A DNA stretch of 64,000 bases from a bacterium (GTDB lineage Bacteria; Patescibacteriota; Minisyncoccia; Phycocordibacterales; UBA2100), in the NCBI GenBank assembly GCA_030647655.1, contig JAUSJH010000002.1, positions 43,711 to 107,710 on the forward strand. The letters run 5' to 3'. A program made the translations under genes and the position numbers. Shown piece after piece: positions 45,987 through 54,377 of the stretch. The stretch's first letter is position 1. Each line of letters starts with the position of its first letter. Under the pieces are notes generated by a model, which saw nothing but the letters and a program-made list of their open reading frames with translations, ran no database searches and was not told where the DNA came from.

Positions 45987-46032
45987 ATAAATGGGGACAA
46001 TAAACGGGTATAAACGGGGATATAAACGGGGA
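45986..46032. repeat. four tandem copies of an 11-12 bp unit ATAAAYGGGGA
   Basis: AATAAATGGGGAC / AATAAACGGGT / ATAAACGGGGAT / ATAAACGGGGAC, directly after the stop of the low-GC gene. Confidence 0.7.
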
Positions 46033-46089
46033 CAGGCACAGTTTATCTCCCTTTTTTGTGGCGTGAAAAGCACAAAGGTCGGTTCTTTG

Positions 46090-46200
46090 TGCTTCGAGGA
46101 CTTTTAGACGCTGTTTCCGGCGACGAAGCCGGTGGTCCAGCAGAGCTGGAGCGAGTAACCTCCCGATGGGCGATTGATGTGGAGCACGTCGTCCGTGAGA
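46090..46200 (-). pseudogene. orphan duplicated 3'-end fragment of the HI0933-like flavoprotein gene
   Basis: About 100 nt that are roughly 90% identical to 46910-47010, including a 59-nt exact core. The minus strand translates to DDVLHINRPSGGYSLQLCWTTGFVAGNS, which equals the C-terminus of the 46914-48161 gene. Confidence 0.7.
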
Positions 46201-46273
46201 AAAGGATAGGCGCAGTTTATTTCACTTTTCTGGGGTGTAATGTTTTTCGGTGGGCGACCCGCGATGAAGGAGG

Positions 46274-46612
46274 TTACTTAATGAGGGTTACAGTGCGCAT
46301 GAGACTGTTGAGCGCTCGCCGGTCTTTCGCTCCGAGAGTGCCAATGCATTTGAGAAGGCGCCGCGAGTCGAGAGCGCGCAGTTGAAACACAAGAGCTACG
46401 GATGGTTTGGTAAGCTTGTTAGTCGCGTCGGGCAAAATGCGCAGGGTGGCATTGAACCGCAAGCGGGCAGTATTTGAAGAAAGTGGAATAATGAGAGAAA
46501 CGCCCCCTTCTCCATACAAAAATATCCCCGGCCGGATGCCTGCCTGTTCGCGCCCCGAGGGAATAGTGCCGAGATCTACGAGGACAATGTCCCCCGGCAC
46601 CACGCTGGTCAT
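46274..46612 (-). CDS. MazF/PemK-family toxin (mRNA interferase)
   Basis: GDIVLVDLGTIPSGREQAGIRPGIFL...LIIPLSS matches the PemK/MazF fold signature. 4-nt overlap with the upstream antitoxin. Confidence 0.75.
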   Translation of the reverse strand: MTSVVPGDIVLVDLGTIPSGREQAGIRPGIFLYGEGGVSLIIPLSSNTARLRFNATLRILPDATNKLTKPSVALVFQLRALDSRRLLKCIGTLGAKDRRALNSLMRTVTLIK

Positions 46613-46809
46613 AGGTTGCGGGCTTTTGCGAATTGCGCGAAATCTCTCAAGGACGTCTCGTCCCAGAGACGCATCTCCGCGGCCATATCATTCTCCGCCT
46701 CAATGGCTTGTTTGAGTGCGGTACGGACATACTCTGTCTGCGTCACACCGTGCCTCTGCGCACGCTGGCGAACTTGTTTTTCGAGGCTCTTTGGGATGAC
46801 TACGTTCAT
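46609..46809 (-). CDS. antitoxin (RHH/MazE-like)
   Basis: 66 aa. MNVVIPKSLEKQVRQRAQRHGVTQTEYVRTALKQAIE is a ribbon-helix-helix. Translationally coupled to the toxin. Confidence 0.6.
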   Translation of the reverse strand: MNVVIPKSLEKQVRQRAQRHGVTQTEYVRTALKQAIEAENDMAAEMRLWDETSLRDFAQFAKARNL

Positions 46810-46913
46810 GCGATTAGTATAGCGCTATAAATCCTTCAATGCCACTCATAGATAAACGGAGATTCTCCTTCGCCAAGGCTACGCAAGGGCGCAGCAGGCG
46901 CAGTTTGCCTCTT

Positions 46914-48161
46914 TTAGACACTGTTACCGGCGACAAATCCGGTGGTCCAGCAGAGCTGGAGCGAGTAACCTCCCGATGGGCGATTGATGTGGAGCACATC
47001 GCCGATGAGGTAGAGATTGGGGACTTTTAGGGAGCGCATGGTGCGCGTGTCTACTTCAGTGAGCGGCACGCCGCCGTCGGAGATGACCGCTCTATCGAAC
47101 CCCATGAGTCCCGAGATTGTGAGTGGCGCGCCTTTTAAGAGATGAACGAGTCGTTTGCGCTCTTCTTTTGTCACGTTGTGGGCTTTGAGATTTACATCGG
47201 GAAGCGCAAGCAGAATGAGAATTCCTTTTGCCATTCCATTCGGAAGAATCTCTGCCAGTACATTTTTAAAATCCTTATTCTTGTTGGCATCCATCTTGGC
47301 AATTATCTGCCGCTCGAGGGCGGCGAAGTCTGTATCGGGATACATGTCGATGGTCGCGGTAACCTCGGCATTCTTGAGCAATTCCGCAACGGCGCTCGCG
47401 CTGTTCAATATGAGGGGTCCCGAGAGTCCGAAGTGGGTGAAGAGTAGCCCGCCCGTCTTTGAGAATGCGCGTTTGCCGTCGGAGAAGAAGGTGATTTTCA
47501 TACGCTCGAGCGAGATGCCCGCGAGCGACTTTACCCAGCTCTCGCTTACTTTCAAGGGCACGATAGTCGGAGTTGGCTCCTGCACGGTATGTCCAAGCTC
47601 TGTGAGCCATTTGAATCCATCGCCCGTCGAGCCCGTCTCGGGATGCGAGACGCCGCCGGTTGCGATTATGAACGTATCAGCACGATAGGTGCCGTGTTCG
47701 GTCTTTGCCTCCGCGATGCGATTGCCGACGGCGGAGAGATTCTTCACAGACGTTTTCATCATCACGGTAACGCCTGCGTCGGTAAGATATTTTTTCATGA
47801 CGCGCGTTACGTCGGGAGATTTTTGCGTCTCGGGGAAAGCCCGCCTGCGCGCTTCTACGACGAGCGGGAGCCCGCGTACGCCAAAAAAGTCGAACGTATT
47901 CTGCACTCCGAATTGTGAGAGCGGGGAATAGAGGAATTGCTCCGCTGAGCCGTAGTGTTTGGCAAATGCATGTCGGTCAAACTCGGCATTAGTGATGTTG
48001 CAACGGCCGCCACCAGTGATATCAAGTTTCTTCCCGAGCGTCGCATTTTTCTCGAGCAGCAAGACCGATCTGCCGCGCTCGGCCGCACGCCCCGCCGCCA
48101 TCATTCCCGAAGCTCCGCCGCCGATGACGATGACCTCGTATTTTTTGGTCTCTGCGCTCAT
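46914..48161 (-). CDS. HI0933-like FAD-dependent flavoprotein (YhiN/aminoacetone oxidase family)
   Basis: YEVIVIGGGASGMMAAG Rossmann motif. ...GGGRCNITN and the C-terminal GGYSLQLCWTTGFVAG are typical of the family. Start trimmed to MSAETKKYEV. Confidence 0.85.
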   Translation of the reverse strand: MSAETKKYEVIVIGGGASGMMAAGRAAERGRSVLLLEKNATLGKKLDITGGGRCNITNAEFDRHAFAKHYGSAEQFLYSPLSQFGVQNTFDFFGVRGLPLVVEARRRAFPETQKSPDVTRVMKKYLTDAGVTVMMKTSVKNLSAVGNRIAEAKTEHGTYRADTFIIATGGVSHPETGSTGDGFKWLTELGHTVQEPTPTIVPLKVSESWVKSLAGISLERMKITFFSDGKRAFSKTGGLLFTHFGLSGPLILNSASAVAELLKNAEVTATIDMYPDTDFAALERQIIAKMDANKNKDFKNVLAEILPNGMAKGILILLALPDVNLKAHNVTKEERKRLVHLLKGAPLTISGLMGFDRAVISDGGVPLTEVDTRTMRSLKVPNLYLIGDVLHINRPSGGYSLQLCWTTGFVAGNSV

Positions 48162-48436
48162 AAAAGATGTATAACAGGCTTCCGTGGCTCGTGCGAGTTG
48201 AAATTTGATTTTTTGGCCGAGTGTGTTATTATCACTAGATGAACCTGCCCTCCAAGACATTTCATCGCAATGGCAGGTGGATAGAAAAACCGGATACGAC
48301 CAAAGTGGCGGTCTGTGCCTGTGAGAATAAGTACATCAAAACGCGTCCGGAGCAGAGCCAGTGCCTCAAGTGTATCTACAGGCGACCCGCGACCCGCTAG
48401 TACCTCGTCTGGTAGAATTATAGTTTCTATACCTGC

Positions 48437-49150
48437 GTGAGCCGGAATTGCATGAATGATATTAAGAACTTCATAAAATATATCGAGCCCGGTGCTTTTT
48501 ATTTTGCGCTCGCGGCTGTCTTTACCATAGTTACGCTTGTGCGAGAGCCGCTGGGCCTGCCCGGTGTCGACACGCTTGCGAATATCGCTACGGGATTCTT
48601 CGAACGATACGGTCTCATGGCGCTCTACGTAGCCGCGCTCATCGAGAGCCTTTTTATGATAAGTTTTTATTTTCCCGGCTCGCTCGTTGTCATTCTCGCG
48701 ATACTCGTCTCAGACCGCAGTTTTTTGGCGCTTACCATTATCATCGCGATCGGCTGGGCGAGCGTTATGACGGCGACCGTCATCAATTACTGGCTCGGCA
48801 AAGAAGGATTTTATCGTCTGCTTCTGTACCTCGGAAGCGAGGACGGCGTGCATGACATGCAAAAGTGGCTCGAAAAGCGCGGGAAATGGGCCATATTTCT
48901 CTCTGCGGTGCATCCCAACATTCTCGCCATCACGAATATTTGTATGGGCATTGCTAGGGCCGGTCTCGCAAAGACGCTCGCATTTTCTTTTGTCGCTATT
49001 GCCTTCTGGATACCGGTCCAAGTCTATGTTCTCGGTTTCCTGCTCCCTGATCCGAAAGAAAGTGCCGCGTTCTTGCAGTGGATAATCGTGGTAGGCATTT
49101 TCGTCCTCGGCGTGCGCGCCGTGCGCAAAAAAAGCGCAGAATTGGTGTAA
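48437..49150 (+). CDS. DedA/TVP38-family membrane protein
   Basis: A polytopic membrane protein with DedA-like re-entrant helix composition (FPGSLVVILAILVSD...). Confidence 0.6.
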   Translation: MSRNCMNDIKNFIKYIEPGAFYFALAAVFTIVTLVREPLGLPGVDTLANIATGFFERYGLMALYVAALIESLFMISFYFPGSLVVILAILVSDRSFLALTIIIAIGWASVMTATVINYWLGKEGFYRLLLYLGSEDGVHDMQKWLEKRGKWAIFLSAVHPNILAITNICMGIARAGLAKTLAFSFVAIAFWIPVQVYVLGFLLPDPKESAAFLQWIIVVGIFVLGVRAVRKKSAELV

Positions 49151-49167
49151 AATATTGGGAAACCTTT

Positions 49168-49443
49168 ATGAACAAAGAAATCAAACGGATACTGGTCGTC
49201 AGTGCGGGCGTTGCATTTATCGTGCTCGGCCTTATCGGCCTCGCATTGCCCTTCTTGCAGGGATTTCTTTTCATGGCCATCGGCCTTATCTTGCTTTCCA
49301 TGTCATCCACCCGCGTGCGCACGTGGATGAAAGTGCGCACCACACCTTATCCCAAACTTCATGCAGGGGTTGAGAAAATAGAAGCGTGGATGTTGCGCAT
49401 TATCGGACGGGTGGACGAGGAGGATGGTCAGCCTCACGCCTAA
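49168..49443 (+). CDS. small 2-TM membrane protein (YbaN/DUF454-like)
   Basis: MNKEIKRILVVSAGVAFIVLGLIGLALPFLQGFLFMAIGLILL. Confidence 0.45.
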   Translation: MNKEIKRILVVSAGVAFIVLGLIGLALPFLQGFLFMAIGLILLSMSSTRVRTWMKVRTTPYPKLHAGVEKIEAWMLRIIGRVDEEDGQPHA

Positions 49444-49458
49444 CTGCGTATTACGCTC

Positions 49459-50739
49459 ATGGAGATAATAAAAGAATTCGGCTCAAAGACATTTTCTTCG
49501 CTCAAGATACGAAATTACAGGCTCTATTTTCTGGGGCAGGGGCTCTCCCAGTGCGGCAATTGGATGCATATCGTCGCTTTGGGCTGGCTCGTCCTCGAAT
49601 TGACCGGCTCGGGAGCGGCGCTCGGTAGCGTTCTTGCGTTCCGTTTTGCGCCGATGCTTCTCGGAGGTCTGTTCGCAGGCATCATTGTAGATAGATTCGA
49701 CAAGCGGCGCATTCTGTATGTAACACAATCCCTTTTTTCACTTCTCGCGCTCTGCTTAAGTATTTTGGTCTACACGGACACAATCCAGATTTGGATGCTT
49801 TTTGCGAACGCACTCATCATCGGTCTCATCGATGTCGTCGATAATCCGACGCGCCAGACCTTCGTCCACGGAATGGTGGGGAGGGACAATGTGCGCAACG
49901 CGGTCACATTGAGCTCGACGCAGGCGAATCTCGCCCGCGCACTGGGACCTTTGATCGCCGGCTCGCTTATCGCAAGCGTCGGCATCGCCTTCTGCTTTTT
50001 TGTTAACGCTGTTTCTTTTGGCGCGGTACTCATCGTCCTCTCTCTCATGCGGGAGAGCGAATTTCACAGGGAACACAGTGAGCACAAAGCGCTCGGGCAT
50101 ATCTTGGAGGTCCTCTCGTATGTCGCGTCGATGCCTATCATCCGTACCGTCCTTCTCGTCATGGCGGCAATCGGGGCCTTTTCCTATGAATTTCAAGTCA
50201 GCTTGCCCTTGCTTGCACAGCAGACTTTCTCCGGCGCCGCCGCTGATTATGCGGCACTTCTCTCGGCGATGGGCGCGGGCTCGGTCGCGGGCGGCCTTTT
50301 TGCCGCAAGCCGGCACAGGATCGCCCCGCATGAATTCGTCATCTCGGCTTTGCTTTTTGGACTTTCCATTGTGCTCACTTCCATCATGCCGACCCTTTCG
50401 CTTGCGATAGTCGGAATGATGTTTGTGGGATTCTTTTCCATCAATCTCACATCGCTCGGAAATACGATGATACAGCTCGATGCGGCCGCGCATATGCGCG
50501 GCCGCGTTATGTCGCTGTGGGCCATGAGCATCTTCGGATCGACGCTTATCGGCGGACCAATAATCGGTCTCATCGGGCAATATGCGGGCGCGCGATGGGG
50601 GCTCGCCTTGGGCGGTGTCGTAGCCATTTTTGCCGGCCTCTATGCGGCGCGGACACTTCTTAAAAAAGACGAGACACAGCCGCTACCCGATGTCGAATTT
50701 GAGAGTGAGGACAGCACAGCAGAAAATCTGAAACTTTAA
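49459..50739 (+). CDS. MFS transporter
   Basis: 12 TM helices and the MFS motif GIIVDRFDKRR between TM2 and TM3. Confidence 0.85.
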   Translation: MEIIKEFGSKTFSSLKIRNYRLYFLGQGLSQCGNWMHIVALGWLVLELTGSGAALGSVLAFRFAPMLLGGLFAGIIVDRFDKRRILYVTQSLFSLLALCLSILVYTDTIQIWMLFANALIIGLIDVVDNPTRQTFVHGMVGRDNVRNAVTLSSTQANLARALGPLIAGSLIASVGIAFCFFVNAVSFGAVLIVLSLMRESEFHREHSEHKALGHILEVLSYVASMPIIRTVLLVMAAIGAFSYEFQVSLPLLAQQTFSGAAADYAALLSAMGAGSVAGGLFAASRHRIAPHEFVISALLFGLSIVLTSIMPTLSLAIVGMMFVGFFSINLTSLGNTMIQLDAAAHMRGRVMSLWAMSIFGSTLIGGPIIGLIGQYAGARWGLALGGVVAIFAGLYAARTLLKKDETQPLPDVEFESEDSTAENLKL

Positions 50740-51198
50740 TATTTCTGTCAGGCGGAGGCGGATTACGAAACAAACCTTGCGGCGAAGAGGGAAATCGAAG
50801 AATTACAAATCAGGCCTGCACGCATCGAGGACGAGAAACTTGAAAAGATTTTGAAGATTTTGGAAAGTAAATAAATCACTCTGGCCGGCGACCTTCCAGC
50901 TCCTCTTGTTCCTCTCTGGTAGCTTTTTCTAATTCCGTTTCATTTTCGACTTGCGCGGCGCTTTTCTTTGGGATAGTTTCGTACAAATCGGCACGCGTAT
51001 CAGACTCCGTGCCCTTTTTCTCTTCTTGACGCTCTATTTCGGCATCCCTTTCGGCGCCATACAGCCGCCTGCGCACTTCTTCGGGGGATATGCGCTTATC
51101 TTTTTCTGCATCTTCAGGCATGTGTGGATTCTAACATATCCACACATGTAGCGGGTGCTTTACTTGACTAAATCGCTGCACTTTGGTAAAGTGGATGC

Positions 51199-51507
51199 AT
51201 GAACTGGAATTTGCCGCAAAATAAGGCTTTAATAAAGGCGATTTTGTCGCTCGAAAACTCTGACGAAGCGCGGCGCTTTTTACGCGATCTTCTTACCGAA
51301 GGGGAGATAGAGGAGTTCACACGACGTTTCGAGACGGCCGAGCTACTTACCGAAAAGGTTCCGTATTCAATGATAGAGAAACAAACCGGGCTTAGCTCAA
51401 CGACCGTAGCGAGAGTTTCGAAATGGCTCAACGGCAAGGAGGGCGGCTACCGCCAAGTCATCAGCAAACTCCATCACCACTCAACATCTCTGGCGAGAGG
51501 GAGTTGA
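51199..51507 (+). CDS. TrpR-like (YerC/YecD family) DNA-binding protein
   Basis: 102 aa. LLTEGEIEEFTRRFETAELL...SMIEKQTGLSSTTVARVSKWL, a Trp-repressor-fold HTH. Confidence 0.6.
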   Translation: MNWNLPQNKALIKAILSLENSDEARRFLRDLLTEGEIEEFTRRFETAELLTEKVPYSMIEKQTGLSSTTVARVSKWLNGKEGGYRQVISKLHHHSTSLARGS

Positions 51508-51537
51508 GTTGATATTTCATTTCAGATTTTCAAACCA

Positions 51538-51561
51538 ACCCCCTCTCGCGAGGGGGTTTTT
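51538..51561 (+). terminator. rho-independent terminator
   Basis: ACCCCCTC-TCGC-GAGGGGGT followed by TTTT. Confidence 0.75.
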
Positions 51562-51895
51562 GCTACGTGCCTCGGCCTCTGTGGCCGGAAAGAAAATCTG
51601 CTCTTTGAGGTACGAAAATGGCTCAGGAACGACCGAATAGGATCTTGGATGAAGAGGATCTTTCTGAGTGGAGGCCGCTAATTGGGCCCGCTTGGACGGC
51701 ATATGTGCTCGAATCGGTGAAAGCTCGCGTTGAAGTTTGGCTGTTTGGTCCGAATGACGATGTCAACGCCTGTTGCGAGCTCTAGAACTCCGATCAAGAG
51801 AGGCTCAAAGAACTACTTCAAGACGGCATGGGTGTTGCCGGATTGTTCCTCCACCCACCATTGAACGACGAACCACCACTCTGAAAGGAAATGTC

Positions 51896-52783
51896 ATGTC
51901 TTCCATCCTCCTGCCTTCAAGCAAGAGCGTCAACCAACGTACGTTGGACATTCTTAGTTCTGCCGGCATCGCATTGGACCGAATGGGTTCAAAACGCGAT
52001 ACCAACATCCTCCTGACTGGCATCAAGTGGCCGATGACGGCGGCGCTCGTTCATCAGTCACGTATTCCGCAACTAGTCGCAGACGGTGCGTATACGCTCG
52101 GTATCGTCGGCCTCGATTCCGTTAAAGAGAGCGGCGTCGATGTGGAAGTGTGTGCCGACCTTCTGTTCAACCGTTCGACGTGGAACAAGGCAAAAATTGT
52201 CCTCGTTACGAAAGAAGGCGGTCTGACTGATGCGACCAGCGTTCCGAACGGCGCGCAAGTCCTGACGGAATATCCGCGTCTTACGCGTCAGTTCTTCGGG
52301 AAACTCGGCCGCAAGGTGGTTATCGTACCCTCGCGCGGCTCCATTGAGGCGGAGATTCCGAATCCGTATCCGTTTGGCGTCTGCCTTACGGAAACCGGAC
52401 AAAGCCTCCGGGCCAACGGTCTTCGTGTCATCAGGACTCTGATGGAGACCAGCACTGTCCTAATCGCCAACAAGAAGGAGTACAGGGATCCGGAAACGCA
52501 ACGAAGTATCCGGGCCTTTAAAACAATCCTGCTCGGCGTCATCGCCGCACGGGAAAAGGTTATGCTCGCGGCAAACGTGCCTGTAACGAATCTTAACGAA
52601 GTGCTTGCCGCTTTGCCGGCACTTCGGAGCCCGACCGTCACAAAACTTGCCAACGAACGATACGTCTCGGTGAGCGTTGTCGTATCGCGTGACAAGCTCA
52701 ATGATCTGCAAGAGCGGCTTCTGGTTCTTGAAGCGGAAGGACTTGTCGTGATGCCGCTCTTTTCACTCATCCAATCCCGGTAA
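51896..52783 (+). CDS. hisG: ATP phosphoribosyltransferase (long form with C-terminal regulatory domain)
   Basis: Catalytic core with CLTETGQSLRANGL (the PRPP-binding signature) and a C-terminal HisG_C domain. Start at MSSILLPS. Confidence 0.85.
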   Translation: MSSILLPSSKSVNQRTLDILSSAGIALDRMGSKRDTNILLTGIKWPMTAALVHQSRIPQLVADGAYTLGIVGLDSVKESGVDVEVCADLLFNRSTWNKAKIVLVTKEGGLTDATSVPNGAQVLTEYPRLTRQFFGKLGRKVVIVPSRGSIEAEIPNPYPFGVCLTETGQSLRANGLRVIRTLMETSTVLIANKKEYRDPETQRSIRAFKTILLGVIAAREKVMLAANVPVTNLNEVLAALPALRSPTVTKLANERYVSVSVVVSRDKLNDLQERLLVLEAEGLVVMPLFSLIQSR

Positions 52784-52801
52784 ACCTGAAAGGAGACAGG
52801 A

Positions 52802-53122
52802 ATGGAATGGAGTATCCGAACTTTGGAGAACCGACTCGAGGAGCGGGCGAAGGCTCCGGCGAGCGAATCGTACACGCGGCAGTTGATCGACAAGGGGGTT
52901 CGCGAATGTGCCAAGAAGTTCGGCGAAGAAGCCGTCGAGGTCGTCGTTTCCGCGACGAGTGAAGATGGTCCACAAATCATCGCCGAATCGGCCGACATGA
53001 TATATCACCTGCTCGTGTTGCTCATGTCGCACGGCCTTACCTTTGCGATGGTTGAAGAAGAACTTAAACGTCGCGAAGGGCAATCGGGGTTGGCTGAGAA
53101 AGCTGCACGCAAACCGACGTAG
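52802..53122 (+). CDS. hisE: phosphoribosyl-ATP pyrophosphohydrolase
   Basis: MazG-like all-alpha domain (LENRLEERAKAPASESYTRQLIDKG...EEAVEVV...ESADMIYHLLVLL). Confidence 0.85.
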   Translation: MEWSIRTLENRLEERAKAPASESYTRQLIDKGVRECAKKFGEEAVEVVVSATSEDGPQIIAESADMIYHLLVLLMSHGLTFAMVEEELKRREGQSGLAEKAARKPT

Positions 53123-53167
53123 GGCGGCAGTCGCTTTCCGCCAAAAGGGTAACTGTTCTTTTCAACG

Positions 53168-53196
53168 GGCGCGCTTCGGCGCGCCCGCAATCTTTT
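53168..53196 (+). terminator. GC-rich stem-loop terminator after hisE
   Basis: GGGCGCGC-TTCG-GCGCGCCC followed by a T-rich stretch. Confidence 0.6.
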
Positions 53197-53375
53197 AGTT
53201 GCGCGAAATGGGGGATATGATATTGTGTACGTACATGCTTTCAATGACACATAACATCCGACGAACAGCTTCATTTGAGGCTGTTTAGAGTGTTTGTACC
53301 CCCACACGAACTTTCCAAAACGGCCTCAATCAGGGCCGTTTTTCGTTAGATGCAACCGAAAGAACGCATCTGACG

Positions 53376-53765
53376 ATGCGTTCTTTCACAATGGAGGAAA
53401 TGAAGATGTCAAAGTGGAAAGAAAAACCCGCTATGACTGCGAAAGATGCGCTGCTTGAACGTATCGAACAGTGGAAACGTGCTTCAGTCACACACGTGGT
53501 CAACGATCTCTACCTGACCATCGGCAAAAAGGTTAGCGACCGACTACAAACCAGTCTCATGACCAGCAAGTTTTCGGCGGTGTGGATCGATCCCATCTTG
53601 GCGTTCATCGAGTCTTCGGCGAAGCAGCTTTACGAGTCGGGCAGTACGGCCGATGACCTCAACGCCAACCTAATCGCCGAAGTTGCTGCACTTCGCTTTG
53701 AGAGTCTGGAATTCGAAGCGAGGATTCGAACTCTCGAACGCGCACGTAGTCGCACCGAGAAGTAA
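53376..53765 (+). CDS. hypothetical protein
   Basis: A 129-aa ORF that is predicted helical with no TM. Possible internal starts. Confidence 0.35.
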   Translation: MRSFTMEEMKMSKWKEKPAMTAKDALLERIEQWKRASVTHVVNDLYLTIGKKVSDRLQTSLMTSKFSAVWIDPILAFIESSAKQLYESGSTADDLNANLIAEVAALRFESLEFEARIRTLERARSRTEK

Positions 53766-53792
53766 GCACACCACACCCAGCAGGAGATTCCG

Positions 53793-54305
53793 ATGAACTT
53801 GAATTGGAATGCCTTAGTGGCGAAAATGAAGGTCACTGGGGAGTTCGATCCCGATGGTCTCGAGGCAGATTCGCTTGAACATGACTACAACGAAGGTCGG
53901 ACTGTCATCCGCACCTACGGCTCTCGGATCACGGCACATGCTTCGGTTGGGGGCGGCGGGTACTTTCCTTGGTACCCGGAGTACGAAATTCGACGCATCT
54001 ACGTTGCCTCTGGAGCCAACGGCAAGGGCAAGGGTCGGGAAATTGTGACGGAGCTGATGGAGCGATTCACGCGGATCGAACTCGGACTTCCGAGGAAGGT
54101 TCCCACCTTCTTTCTCATCAGCAAGAATCCGGCTGTCTGGCACATTGCAAAATCGCTTGACTTTGCGGCCGTAACGATACACTCGATGCCGTATGTCGTA
54201 GATTGGGCGAACAGAGGGGGGCTTTACTATCGACTACCTGAATCCGCGCGTTGCGACGAGCCGTGGAAGCTGAAGGAGCCGCAGCGGTGGTTGTACCTCA
54301 AATGA
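53793..54305 (+). CDS. hypothetical protein, possible GNAT-like acetyltransferase
   Basis: IRRIYVASGANGKGKGREIV resembles GNAT motif A. Weak. Confidence 0.35.
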   Translation: MNLNWNALVAKMKVTGEFDPDGLEADSLEHDYNEGRTVIRTYGSRITAHASVGGGGYFPWYPEYEIRRIYVASGANGKGKGREIVTELMERFTRIELGLPRKVPTFFLISKNPAVWHIAKSLDFAAVTIHSMPYVVDWANRGGLYYRLPESARCDEPWKLKEPQRWLYLK

Positions 54306-54310
54306 CGACG

Positions 54311-54349
54311 GGCGCACGCGGATGATTCCGCGTGCGCCTGTACTTTTTT
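54311..54349 (+). terminator. rho-independent terminator
   Basis: GGCGCACGCGGA-TGAT-TCCGCGTGCGCC followed by TGTACTTTTTT. Confidence 0.8.
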
Positions 54350-54355
54350 AATTGT

Positions 54356-54372
54356 GTAATACAATGGTAGCC
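54356..54372 (+). repeat. 17-mer GTAATACAATGGTAGCC (copy 1)
   Basis: Shares 16 of 17 positions with 55341-55357. Both lie just upstream of a biosynthetic gene start. Confidence 0.4.
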
Positions 54373-54377
54373 ACCGT

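Noticed and set aside
45986-46032. CRISPR array
   Set aside because: The repeats are 11-12 bp with essentially no spacers. This is far too short for CRISPR, and no cas genes are present.
46056-46385. 109-aa plus-strand ORF sharing GGPAELERVTSRWAIDVEH with ORF 46839-47030
   Set aside because: Both are antisense frames across the duplicated flavoprotein 3' end. The conservation reflects the DNA repeat, not a coding paralog.
49756-50580. 274-aa minus-strand ORF
   Set aside because: It is antisense to the well-supported MFS transporter. It is Arg/His/Asp-rich and low-complexity.
50740-51121. Highly charged small ORFs on both strands between the MFS gene and trpR-like gene
   Set aside because: These are Glu/Lys/Arg-rich low-complexity translations without a clear start on the plus strand. 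The 81-aa minus ORF cannot be excluded but has no recognisable features.
51562-51895. T-box riboswitch or His leader peptide in the hisG leader
   Set aside because: A TAATTGGGCCCGC stretch only loosely resembles the T-box core (AATTAGGGTGG). There is no run of His codons. The evidence is insufficient without a covariance model scan.
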